Under the pieces are notes generated by a model. That model was given only the letters and a program-made list of their open reading frames with translations, was not told where the DNA came from and did no database searches. From Hormiphora californensis (taxonomy: Eukaryota > Animalia > Ctenophora), in assembly GCA_020137815.1 (NCBI GenBank), contig CM035357.1:4960001-5024000 (forward strand): DNA of 64,000 nucleotides. Reading direction: 5' to 3'. This document shows positions 51,871-64,000 of the stretch, piece by piece. The position numbers were made by a program, and so were the translations under genes. Each line of letters begins with the position of its first letter. Within the stretch, counting starts at the first letter, position 1.

Positions 51871-52322
51871 TTCTCCCAGAAGAGTCTTGCGTGGAGGAGT
51901 TTACACCGTCAATTATCTGCAATACGCTGACAACCAAACCAACTTACGGCAAGAGCTATTTCTGGTGATTAGAGCTAACTAAATCGAAATAATGCAAATG
52001 TATTATATATATAAGTTGATTGGGTGACTAAATGAGAAGTATCTTGCAACTCCTTCGAAGTTGAATATCATCAAAACCAAGAACTTAAGGGCAAGCTAGA
52101 AAAACATCAGCAATCATTATCCTAGAGCTGTCTGGCGGCATCCTATTTTCAACAGTGCACGATCAGAAGATAAGAAGATCGGGTCGGCACAGCCAGACTG
52201 TAATCCTAGTATATTAATTCGAGTGGAAAATAGCCCTAAAATGATCTCTCCCTGTAACTTCATCATCTAACTATCAATTCTGCATATATTTTGGAATACT
52301 AATTACCCTACCAATCACAAAC

Positions 52323-52711
52323 CTGGGCTCCCTTTCCTGCTTTACACGGAGCATTTGAGCAGTTACGGATGGATGGGTAATTAGGTCAATCTCATCCTCC
52401 TCCTTATTGCCAGGTTCAGGCTTCCTTCCCTCCTCCTCCTTATTGCCAGGTTCAGGCTTCCTTCCCTCCTCCTCCTTATTGCCAGGTTCAGGCTTCCTTC
52501 CCTCCTCCTCCTTATTGCCAGGTTCAGGCTTCCTTCCCTCCTCCTCCTCCTCATTCTCCTGGTCCTCCTTTCTAGGAGAGTCTCCAAAACGCAAATGCTG
52601 GTATGACGACTTGGTACACGGTAACTTCCTCTTGGTTGACTCAGCTGTTGGAGTACCGGAGGAAAGACGACGACCGTTGCCGAGACCCATAATTACAACG
52701 CTAGAATTCAT
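52323..52711 (-). CDS. Kv variable first exon B: MNSSVVIMGLGNGRRLSS...(EEEGRKPEPGNK)x4...EPR
   Basis: 389 nt = 129 codons + 2; donor GTTTGT; acceptor at about 52841. Confidence 0.65.
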
Positions 52712-53601
52712 TCTGCCCCGCGAAATGACACACAATGTCCCCCTCGGGCTCCTCTTCTCTGATGATGATGAAGAAGTCTCTCACAGGATTAATTAATTTG
52801 CTGAGACCTGCTGACGGAGCTAGGCATGCAGACACAGGACCTTTTAATAAAACAATGGAAGAACAAGAGTTAGATGTAGCTTGATTCGCCTGATGACAGT
52901 GACACTGTGTCCGTGAACAATTCAATACAATATGTAGCACAATCCTCCGTCTTCTGCAGCTCAGAGGTATTGTCTTGTGAAGTGAGTCGATCAATACACA
53001 ATAAACGCACCAAGAAAGCAACAAAGGAGTTAGTACACTGAAGAAGTATAGGACAATGATCAGTAGTAAATGCATTTAACCATTTGCCAATGTGAAATGT
53101 GAGTGCACTAACATGTGCATCAAATTCCTACGGCAGAATGACATACTGCTTACGGAATTGAACACACTCTCTTTGAGCATTGAGGACACATTGATGACAC
53201 ATTGAAGATACATTGAGGACACGTTGAGGACACTGCACCTACCCATTTTTTAGGCGTTTAATCCAGTTCGGCGTTGAAGAAGTCAAGATGAAAATTGAAA
53301 AGTAAAGAAACTAGTTAGACAGCAAACCGCACACTATGTATCAGATCATAAATTATTACTATTAATATTAGCTGCATGTGAGAGAGCTTCGTGAGGGTGT
53401 GACAATGTGACATCTTAAACCGAGAAACTCTTTCTCTCTACCTCTCTACAATTACTCTCTCCCTCGCTTCAACACTCTCAGACTCTGCAAACGGCATCAT
53501 TCGACCTTCCCGCTCCCACTCGCTAAGATCTTCTCCATGTGTTTCTCTCGATCTCTCTCATCCCTTTCTCTCTCGTTCATACTAATAAGAACTATACTCA
53601 C

Positions 53602-53738
53602 TGAGGAATAAGTGTTCCCATAGCATTAATAATTCCATTATCCAGGCCTTTATTGTTCTCAAAGAAAGTCATCTTTGCGCTGGCTCGGAAAATGTCCGGT
53701 AACCCGGCTGCCTTCGGTCCTCCACCACCGCGATCCAT
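53602..53738 (-). CDS. Kv variable first exon C: MDRGGGGPKAAGLPDIFRASAKMTFFENNKGLDNGIINAMGTLIPQ
   Basis: 137 nt = 45 codons + 2; donor GTGAGT; AG 4 nt before the ATG. Confidence 0.6.
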
Positions 53739-54400
53739 ACCACTAGGTGTATCACACTAGGAACTACTACACTATAATAACACGTGTATTAATTTGTACT
53801 GAAACGTATGCACCGCTCAAGTAGCGGCGGTGCACTAGGAAAACACTACAGATGTGACAAAACAGACTAAATGTGCACAAAGGTGTGGAAAAGGAGAAAG
53901 GGCAAGCTCTTTTATAGGGCACATGATTTCTCCGATTTCCCGATAGTGGTGTGTCTCGCTGTGCTAAGATAGCGTGGAGTGGTCGGAAGTGCAATAAACA
54001 ATAACCGGAACTCCCTCCCTCCCTCTCTCTCTCTCTCGCGAGGGAGGGAAAGAGAGAAACAAAGTAGGAAGAGAGATAGAGAGGGATAGAGAGATAGAGA
54101 AAGATAAAAAAGAAAGGGAGAGATAGATAAAGAGAAGGGAAGATAAATAAAAAGAGAGAGGGATGTGGTATATGTCTATTAATAATTTTAATACCACGTG
54201 GTTACGGGAAAAAGAGGAGGAGGAGGAGGAGGAATCCTCTCTCTCTCTAGCTCTCTCCCCGCCGAGGGCACTAAACCTGTTTACAGTCAACCCAATTCTT
54301 TAACTTGGTTATTTAGTTTCCTTCTCGGGCGACTTCATAACAACTTGGCAACTTACTACCCGGTAGGTTGGGTAACTATAACAACAGTGCAGCTCACACC

Positions 54401-54450
<50 letters not shown>

Positions 54451-54847
54451 TCCTTCATACCATGGCTGCCTTTCACCTTCTCGTATGAGTGACTAAATTG
54501 ACTTCTGGTTCTAAATACTGTCCGTTTATTGCATTCATATGGATTCAAAAGTCTTTTTTCTACAGCGTTTTTTAGTTTCCTATTTTAACCGTATTTTCCT
54601 CCCTCGCACATGGCTTGCCTCCAACTTCCAACCTCTATGCATAATAGAATCCATCGAGGCTTTAACTTCCTGGTCTTCTAAAAAAATGTGTTGACCATGA
54701 GAGCCCAGAGCGATTAGTATGAAAAACACACCACTATTGGCATTGGTGCAGTGATTACCAGCCAAACGAAAGTTAGAAGTGTAAATTGTGAATCGCTATT
54801 TACCAATTATAGTATAGCAACTTATAGCAGGGGCATCTAAAACTCAC

Positions 54848-55005
54848 CTCGACGTTTTCCCGCCTTTTTTCGACGAGTGGTTCTGCTCCTCTAGATCCTC
54901 AAGTTCCTCGGCAAGAAGGTCCGCCTCGTGCATTTCAGCGTTGTAGCGTGCCCTGCTTAAACACGGCGAGCGTGGGTGCATGCACGCCTGCTGAAGCATT
55001 GACAT
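54848..55005 (-). CDS. Kv variable first exon D: MSMLQQACMHPRSPCLSRARYNAEMHEADLLAEELEDLEEQNHSSKKGGKTSR
   Basis: 158 nt = 52 codons + 2; donor GTGAGT; acceptor ttatag 15 nt before the ATG. Confidence 0.7.
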
Positions 55006-57046
55006 GGTGGACCAATGTTACTATAAATAGCTATGTGCATGTAGATTGGGTAAAACTAATGTATATCGTAAGAAATGTTTGGTAAGTTTAGTCGAATTTA
55101 CGAGGTGTTAATAGGCTACGACCGATGCAACTGTAAGTAACGATAGTGCAGTCACAATGTAACAACTAAAAACTAGATAATATGCACAAAGGAAAAAAGG
55201 AACAGGAGTATGGGTAGAAAACTATCGGAAAGTAGAAATGTTTGTAATAAATGCGAGACAGCTGGACATATCTAAAGTCTAAACTTTAGGGATAATAGCT
55301 GAAGAGTGTATAAGACATCCATCCCGTTTTAGCGGAGTAATGCCGAGAATGCTCATGTTCATGCTATGAACTCATTTTGAACCGGAGACCGCCGGAGAAT
55401 ATTTTGTGCAACCCAGGCTTGTATCACCTATCATATACAATATATCAATATCTAGATCTTGTATTCACATATTTTAACACATCTATGGCAGAAGAGAGAA
55501 GCTAAACTCGGAAACGTGTCAATACATGAGCTCCAGACATGTGTATTTACCTAGGTAAAGCTATGTGTGTATTATTTAGACATGCGTTCGCACTGCAGGG
55601 ATAGTACAGCTGCCGGAGGACAGTTCTAGGAAAGGACTGAAGCATTTGCAAGAACAGCCTCGGTAGTATGACCATATTTGGTAATATGGAACTGTGCCAT
55701 ATTTGGAGCTATATAAGTGCCGATTGCCGAAAAAACGAGAGGATTCGGAAGACTAGAGACAAACAGAAGAAGGCGAGTTTGATGGGATTTAAAACCACCA
55801 AGGGACATTATCAATCGTTATTCAAGGGGCATACGTTTTCGAGCGCTGCTGTTAGCTGTACTGCTGCAAGTTTACCTGACGAAGGGTAGCAAATAACATG
55901 GTACCTCTAAGTAGCAAACACACTACAGGTCTCACAACTCTCTCTCTCTGACAGAGAGAGTCTCTCTGTATCAAGCTCACCCCCTCTCTAGCTCTATAGC
56001 TCTCATAGTCCCTCTATCTCGCTCACCCTTACTTTCTCTCTATCTATCCACCTCCCTCTCTCTGCCTCTCTCTACCTCTATCTATCTCCCTCTCCCGGTT
56101 GGTACTCTTCCACTATCATACCTATAGCTATCTCCCCCTATCTACATATATACGCTAGGTATTTATTGTCTCGGGAAACTGCTGACAAGCTCAAAGTCAA
56201 ATATATTATGTGATGTTCAAGACGCCTCGAGTGCGGGCCTAAGTGATCGGGGAACAAAGTGTTAACCGGGAACTCGCTTTAAGGGTGGAAAGAGCCCAGT
56301 GAAAATATAGAACTAGGAGGGAATGTCCTTGCTAAATCCAATGATAAACGGAGACGGCTTGTGCAGTAAAAATTAACGAAATATTAGATTGCACTACATA
56401 CTTATTAATGATCTATTTTCGCTGGCCTCTACTGTTCACGAAATCTCAATCTCTTTCCTCAAGCTCTATACCACTCGGTTCTAAATTTGCATTCACCTCA
56501 GACGATTAGGCCCGCAGATCTCTTCTCTATCATCATCTAGCGATTACTAGGCCATTACTATTCCGAAGCTATCTTCTGTCTGCTTTATGATGGAATTCGC
56601 CATTTTCAACTCTATCTCTCTCAGATAAGATTGTAGCGTAAACATTTCTTTTAGAGAATATGCTACATTTACCCCAAAAAAACCTAACAGTAAATCTAAG
56701 TGCGTTCACATACACGTCCTTTGCCTACTCTCTATCTCTCCCTCTTTTTCTCTCGAGTCTCGCTTTCTCTAGTCTCTCTCTCTCCCCTCACTATCTCTCA
56801 CGCTATCTCTTTTATCTTCTCCCCTCCCATTTCCTCTCAATATACAACAAGAAGCTTCGGTCAAAAAGTTATATACACCAGATCTCCAGTATATACAATA
56901 GGAGGTCTAGCAAGTGGACTAAGAGGGTTGGGAGATAGTGGTATAGAGGATTGGAGTGGGGGAGAGAGAGAGAGCTAGAGATGTGTGCGTGTATTCTGAA
57001 AAATGACGTACCTCAGATAGATAGAGAGATGCTTACTTTTTTAAAG

Positions 57047-57313
<267 letters not shown>

Positions 57314-58099
57314 CCTGTCCTCCTCTCCGCTCGTTCACTCTCTCCTCATTTGTCTCATCTTCATCTCTCTCAGTCTCGGCCTCTCCTTCCTCTCTATCCG
57401 AGATCTCCTCTAGCTCGTATCTCAGTCCATCGTCTAACCTGCGACCTTCTACACTCAAAAAGGCTATGGTTGAGTAGTCCCATTGTGAGTCACTGTCAAT
57501 GCAGCTTCATATCGTGAAAGACAGATATAGAAGATTTACTGTTTTGAGCGACTGAGATTATAGAGAGAGGGATCATAGGGCTCGAGCAAAGATCATGTTA
57601 AGATTATAAAGACTGAGTCACAAAGGGAAACGATAAATGGTGAAAAGAGTGCTGAAATCGCCATTTTGATTGAGGTTATATGTATAACATATGCAGTTCC
57701 ACTGAAGCAACTAGAATAACATGATGACTTCAATGGTTTCAGCAGACTCGAATTTTTGAAACACCCTCCTGGACGTGAACATTCTCACTGTTATTATACA
57801 CATGATGGCCATGTACATAGATCACTCGACCAACAGAAGCAACATCGTCTCAGCTACAGACAAGACTATGATGTACAGTGGGAAATTAAAAGGGCTGTAC
57901 ACTTCAATACAATATCGGGCTGTGTCTCACTCTCATCTTTCTCACTGTCTTTATCATTTTCAGTAAATTGCCGGGTAGAGTTGATCTACCGACTCTACGA
58001 TGTCCACAAATAAGCCTACAGACCAAACAGCCGTGACTAAACACAAGTTCATCAGACTGTTTTCACTCATCATGCCGTCAAACGTAAAGCGAGATTAAA

Positions 58100-60600
58100 A
58101 TTGGGATGGGAAAAGAAAGGGATAAAGGTTGGGAAAAAGGAAAAGAAGGGGGAAAAAGAGAGAAAAAAGGGGGGGAAAAAATAAAGGTGAAAAAGGGAAA
58201 CGTTTTTGAGATTTTAAATTTTTTAAATAGTTATGAAAAACGGGAAACAAGCTTTTTTTTTTTTTTTTTCACGAAAATTTTTTGAAACCCCCAAAATTTT
58301 TTTTTAAAAAAACCCGGGTTTTACTGACCCCCCCAAAAAAAAACCCTTAAAACAGAAGAATGTACGTGGGAAATTTTAAAAGGGTGTCATTCAAAACAAA
58401 TCGGGTGTTTTTTCCCCTCTATTTCTCACCGTACTTTATCATTTTCAGTAAATTGCCGGGTAGAGTTGATCTACCGAGCTCTCACAGAGTGGTGTGGGGA
58501 AAAAAGGAAGAGCCCCAAAACAACCAAACAATCTAAAAAAAAAAAGTTTCAGTCCCCGATTTTTCCTCTGCAATGGGAATGGTTTAAAATGTGAACGAAA
58601 AAAAAAAGGCAAATTTGGTATAAAGGGGTTTAAGTTAAGAGGGAAAAATTTTAAAAAAGAGAGTGAAAAAAAGGGGTGAAAAAGAGGTTGACATAAAAAG
58701 TGAGGGAGGAAAAAGGGGAGAAATGAGATAGGGTAATATATCGAAACTGCCAGTTTTCCTTTAACACGAAATTATCAAGAGGTGCAAAGTTTAAACTTTC
58801 TCCTCTCTTTCTTTCTCTCTTTTCTCTCTCCTTTTTTTTTTCTCTCCCTCTCTCTCTCTCTCTCTCTTTTCTTCTCTTCTTTCTCTTCTTTCCCCCCCCT
58901 CTCTTTTCCCTTCTCTGCTTTCCCATCTTTCCCCCCTTTTCCTTTTCCCCCCTTTTTCTTTCCCTTTCCCTTTCCCCCCTTTCCCCCTCTCTCTCCTCCA
59001 CGAATGAGCGAGGCCTTTACAAGCTAAAATGTAGACGGCCAGAGAGATTGTGAAAAAGGAAAAGGGGGAAAGAAAAAAGGGGTTTTTTCCCCTTTTCCCC
59101 AAAAAGGGGGGAAAAAAAAAAACCCCCCCCCAAAAAAAAAAAGGGGGCCCCCTTTTTTCCCCCCGGGGGGCCCCCCCCCCCAAAAAAAACCCCTTTTATC
59201 TTTTTTCCCCCTTTTTTCCCCCCCCCCTTTTTCCCCCCCCTTTTCCCAGAAGGGCGAGGTTTAAACTAAAAATTTAGAACCCAAAAATTTTGGGTTAAGG
59301 GCCCGGGGGGGGAATTTTAAAAATTTAGAAAGGGGGGAAATAGAGAAAAGAAGAGGGGGGGCCCGATAGCCCCCCAACCAAAAAAAAAATTTTAAAAAAA
59401 AAAGCTCCTTCCAGTCACCCCTACGTGCTACAATTCAAAGGAAAAAAAAGCTAACCCATCCCGCCCCTATCATCCCTGTGTGCTCAACCTCTGTCCCCAA
59501 CCTTCCTCCCGGTTTGGCTCCACCCACACACCTAACCCGTCCAATAAAAACCCATAGTGTTCTCCACCAAACCCCGTAAATCCTCCACCCCCACTCAACC
59601 CCCCCCCAGCTCCGACCCCCCCCCCAGTGAACCCCCCGTTAAAACAAAACCCCCCCCACCAACCCGTCCCAAAAGAAACCATGGGGGTCCTCCCATTTCC
59701 CTATTCCCCATTTGCCCCTTTTCCCCTGCCCCTAATCTCTCAGCTCCGTCCCCCTTTTCGTCATCCTTTCCCCTGCCCTTCCCGTTTTCCCTACATGGGT
59801 TTTCCCGGTAGGTTTCTCAATTACCCCACCTCTTTTCAGGGTTTTTTTTTATTTTTAAACCCTACTTTTGTATTTGGGCTCCTTTTTTTATTTTTTTAAA
59901 TTTTTTCCTTTTTTTTCTTCCTTTTTCTCTTCTCTTCCCTCTCCCCCCCCCGGGTACGGTTGAGTGTGCCCCCATGCTTCTAATTGTTGTCCCATAAATA
60001 CCCCAATTAGGGTCTTTTTCCCCCGCTATTTTTTTTTTTGCATTATCCACTGCATTCTACCCGGTCTTTTTGGGAGGACTTCCTCCCTCGTGCCGCGCGG
60101 ACCCTCTCTGTTTTTTTCTCCTCCCCCTCTTCCCCCTCTCTCTAGATCTCCCCCCTTTTTTCTCCTCTCCCCCCCTCTTCCCCCTTTTCTCTCTCTCTAG
60201 ATTCATCAAATATTTGCACAGTCACCCCTAGTTCATCTGCATTTTCCCTCCCTACAATGCCTAGTCACACCCAGAAAATCTGCAGTTACCCTGCTTCATT
60301 CACTGGTCAAAAACCTAGCACTCTGCTTTACCCTGCCTTTAAAATGCAAATCCACCCAGTATTCGCATTTACCCGCCTATTTTGCCTAAAACCCCTAGTT
60401 CATTCGGCAGTTATCCTGTCTATCACTGCACTAGTAACACCTAGTTCATTCTGCAATTATCCCCTCCCTCTCCCCCGCCCTCTCCCTATCCTCCCCTCTC
60501 GCTCACCCCCACCCTTTCCCGCTCCCCAATCCTCCCCTCTCCCGAATCCCCCGCCCTCAACCTATCTCACCCCATCAAATCCTAAAGACAATCTCGCCAT
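58100..60600. other. Low-quality, homopolymer-inflated sequence (probably an unpolished gap fill)
   Basis: Extreme A/C/G/T runs; 58434-58476 duplicates about 57950-57992. Confidence 0.75.
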
Positions 60601-61791
60601 GAGCTTGAGAGTAAGATGGCTGGACCGCCCAGAGTCGCCCATACTCTAATAGAATGAGCACTCTCTGGCGGACCTGTTCATGACGACAGACATATGACAA
60701 AGCGTTGGGCCCCCCTATGCACAAGACTACCTCGTTTCCCTAATTGGACACTTTCGAGACTAGTTGTAAGGGGGATCCGGGTTATGCCGTCGCTACCCGG
60801 GTGGTAGAGGACTTGGTACACCCTAGCTTAGTGCCCCAAAAAAAAAAAGAAAAAAAGAGAGGGGGGAAAGATAGTTGTAAAAGTATAGAGAAGGATGCTG
60901 TCCATGATTGTCGATTAATTCGCTGTAATTGTTAATTGTGGCTTGATGAAGGTCCTAATTAAGTTCGACTAACTTTTAAGTATTTCGGGTCTGGTCCCTT
61001 CTATAACTACTATACTTATAGTCCAACAAGAGATTCTATATTCGACATCCAACAGTCGATTGCAGCACTAAGAAATAGGCTGGAGCTGCGAGGGACAAAC
61101 ATATTATATTATGTAGGAACACAAAAAAATGGAATTAACTTCGCTTGAGCTCTGATAATCATATGTGATTGTTTCCGATTGTCATGGTGATCACAGGAAA
61201 TAAGAGCCAATGGACTCATTCTCATTTAATTGCTGATTATCCGGGGGGAAACGAGTATCACCTCTTAGATCTTAGATCTATAGATCACCTTTTTAACTAG
61301 GGATAAAGACCCTGCAGAGTGCTCCACCTCTATTTGATAGTAGGTGGAAGTAGCTGAACGCATGAAAAAATCCGTTTAACAGGGGACGGTGAACGCAGGG
61401 GTCAGGATCAAATACTAATACATTGTCACGATCAGATGATTTGCTAGAACACAAAAAGATATGTGGGTTCCACGTGTATAGGTACACATCGTGTAGAGGA
61501 GCAATAAAGAGCATTCTCAGTACTGATGATGCAGACATTGATTCTACTGTCTCAGCTTGCAATACATTTACTACACCAGTGTGTATATTGGTGCAGTGTT
61601 ATAGGGCCAGTGACGTCTACTGACTACTAACAGGATGTGGAAATACTTTATATAAACGTATAATATAAAATTTTGGATTTGTCATAAAAAAGAATGGCTA
61701 TCATTCGCTTTTTGTTTACATACTGATGCAGCTTGAATGACCGCGACTATTATAATAAGGGTTTAGTTTTTTTCGGGTTTGTTTGACTTAC

Positions 61792-61937
61792 TCAAGAGTT
61801 CGGCCATTGTCAGTATCAACTTGCCCAGAGTTATCCTCGCAAAGTCTTGGTGGACCCAGTGGAAAACGCTCGATCGCTTCTCGTCTTGTCAAATCGCGAA
61901 TTTGCTTCAAAGACAATTTCGATACGAAAAAAGGCAT
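61792..61937 (-). CDS. Kv variable first exon E: MPFFVSKLSLKQIRDLTRREAIERFPLGPPRLCEDNSGQVDTDNGRTLE
   Basis: 146 nt = 48 codons + 2; donor GTAAGT; tttag 4 nt before the ATG. Confidence 0.6.
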
Positions 61938-62317
61938 CCTACTAAACAACTTTAGTTCTGTTGGAACAACAAAATGAATTCAAAAGTGGTGGAGTGGAAA
62001 ATTTTAAAGTTTAGTGTGAACTAACTGCGGGGGCAAAAATGACCAACTGTAATAGTTCGGCAGCTGCTCTACGGAAAATGTTGTGCCTAAACTTTTTATT
62101 ACAGTTAACTCATACTGGAACAAGTTGTTGAGTAAGGGGTACTCAACAACACACTGAGTTAGTGAAGTGTGAAATCACTTTTCGACATGACTTCGGCTGG
62201 AGTTGAATTTATTTTGTGAAAATTACCCATCACCAGTTTAAAAGATGGGTTAGTTCACCAAAGTCTATCTTCACTTACAAGTGTTTAGATATTAAACAAT
62301 ATAAATGTTTAACTTAC

Positions 62318-62472
62318 CCATTTGGACATGTGTCCAGGTGCTCAGATTCACTCGTGTACTCCTCCCCCATAACGCCATGATGGTGAAAGGTGTAGGTTGT
62401 ACAAAGCTCCTGGTCGTGTGCATCCATGGCGTGTACCGCCGCACTCCTTTTGCTCGGCGGAGATATCCACAT
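62318..62472 (-). CDS. Kv variable first exon F: MWISPPSKRSAAVHAMDAHDQELCTTYTFHHHGVMGEEYTSESEHLDTCPNG
   Basis: 155 nt = 51 codons + 2; donor GTAAGT; ctag 5 nt before the ATG. Confidence 0.6.
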
Positions 62473-63608
62473 GGTAACTAGCTGGTTACCATGGTTACCA
62501 CTTGTTACCTAGTACCGCTATATAACTAGAACATGAGGGGTAAAGTCAGAATAAGAAGATATGGGTAGGATCAAGAGCGAGCAGGTACGATTAAAAGCAC
62601 CTTTAGAAATAGCTGCAATTTCTCATTTACTGAGCACGCTATGATACTATTGTTATAATATTTGCACTAAATATTACAGCTCTGTGCAACCAATCCATTG
62701 GATTTATTTCGCATTATATATTGGGATGGTTTACTAAACCAATCAGCTGGTCGTAGCTTTGCGCTGTAAATTGTGGGCCGAAAAAGGGAAAGAAAGGCAC
62801 ATCTTATATTCTTCGTATTACAGCTAGAAGGAGATAAGCTTGAAAAATTAGTAGCGAATTGTAACATTTAGTTAGCCCTGTCAAGGCACAAGCAGTATCA
62901 TACTGTAGAAATGATCACAAGATCATAACTTCAATACAAAGTCAGCTGGATAGTATAAAGACTGTTCCATTCTTCATGAATATCCTGAAACAGCTAAACT
63001 GGGGGAAGAGGACTAACAAATCCCACCCTCAAACCAGGCCGGGGAAAGGAAACTCTATGGTTCCAACCCTTAATCTCAACCCTTGTAGAGACGGCCTCCA
63101 AGAAGAAGAAGAAGAAGGCTAGTATAAAGAGGTCAATCAAAGTAGGTACTAGGAATGAAAACTGATACGATCAAAGTAGGAAAAACTGATACGGTTTACA
63201 ACGCTAATAAATAATGGTGACAGACGTGAACAAATGTGCCAATAAAACTACCTGTGTCTCCTCGTTAACTAGTTGTTGTTGTAGATATGTGTGTATGGAT
63301 GTTAGTGTAGGTAAAGAGAGTTAAACAAACAATATATCACTTCCTATATTGTTGGAAGGAACGAGGTCATCGTGCAGTGCCCCTGAACTTTAAATGCAAA
63401 AGAACAAAGCATAATTTGTAGAAAATGTTAATAATCTAATTTGTTAGGACTTAGGTCGGTAATATATTAATTCTTGTGCAGGCGAGGAGGTAAGAAGTTT
63501 TGCAAATTAACGTTCACAGAAATGGGGTGGAAATATATCACAGTGGTAGATGTATGTAAATTGGGGGGATACAATCAACTAATTTTGTGTGTAAAAGTAC
63601 CTACTCAC

Positions 63609-63952
63609 AGTTTGATTTTATTTGGGTAGTGCCGATATTCAACTGATTTATGTAGGATTTTGAGAAGGTATGGTAATATATCTTGGGTGACGTGTGTGCT
63701 TTGTGACTTGTGTCCCCTGTTATGTAGTAATCCACCATCCTTCATGCCACACACAACAGATAGAGGGATGGGGATGCTACCAAATACCAATGCCAAGATG
63801 TGTTCAGATTTCATAACATGAAATATGATGTGCATCTTTTGAGAAAAACTGGGCTCAAACAAGGGTCTACGTGGAGCGCTGTTACTTTCTGGTGTAACTC
63901 CGACAGATGGACGATTACCAAGAAAGGGGAATCTGCCGTACAGAGGAAGCAA
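63609..63952 (-). CDS. Candidate Kv variable first exon G (start uncertain), ending ..RHYPNKIKL
   Basis: 115-codon open frame ending AAA CT|GTGAGT (phase 2). Confidence 0.4.
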
Positions 63953-64000
63953 AAAATGTGATGTGCATCTTATGAGAACATTTCTGTTAAAATATTTTGA

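Noticed and set aside
48621-53246. ATG-to-GT segments at 48666-48621 and 53246-53154 as Kv first exons
   Set aside because: Phase 1 and phase 0, incompatible with the phase-2 constant exon; more likely UTR exons or chance
56497-56603. A further phase-2 Kv first exon (MANSIIKQ...PNRL)
   Set aside because: Length and donor fit, but it has two in-frame stops. It may be a decayed exon or an error, so it was not counted.
58100-60600. K/G/P/F-rich ORFs and G-quadruplex-like tracts
   Set aside because: Homopolymer-inflated low-quality sequence; not interpretable

Overview
Eukaryotic, intron-containing animal DNA. The compact genes, Shaker-type channel and 3' splice acceptors just upstream of start codons suggest a ctenophore (inference only). 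The left 33 kb holds five head-to-tail minus-strand genes: SMC1, BAZ1/WSTF-ACF1-like, eIF2-beta, a multi-zinc-finger RGG protein and GID8. A small six-cysteine single-pass membrane gene is nested antisense inside a BAZ1 intron. An alpha-arrestin, a four-level nest of transposons and a Shaker-family Kv channel follow. The main finding is that the two constant Kv exons are preceded by at least six (probably seven) unrelated ATG-initiated exons spread over about 12 kb. Each is open, ends at a GT donor in exactly the phase the constant exon needs, and most have an acceptor a few nt before the ATG. This looks like a variable-first-exon array for N-terminal (inactivation 'ball-and-chain') diversity. 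Many MITE, foldback and LINE insertions have readable target-site duplications (TSDs). Scattered 1-nt frameshifts and a noisy stretch at about 58.1-60.6 kb point to assembly errors.
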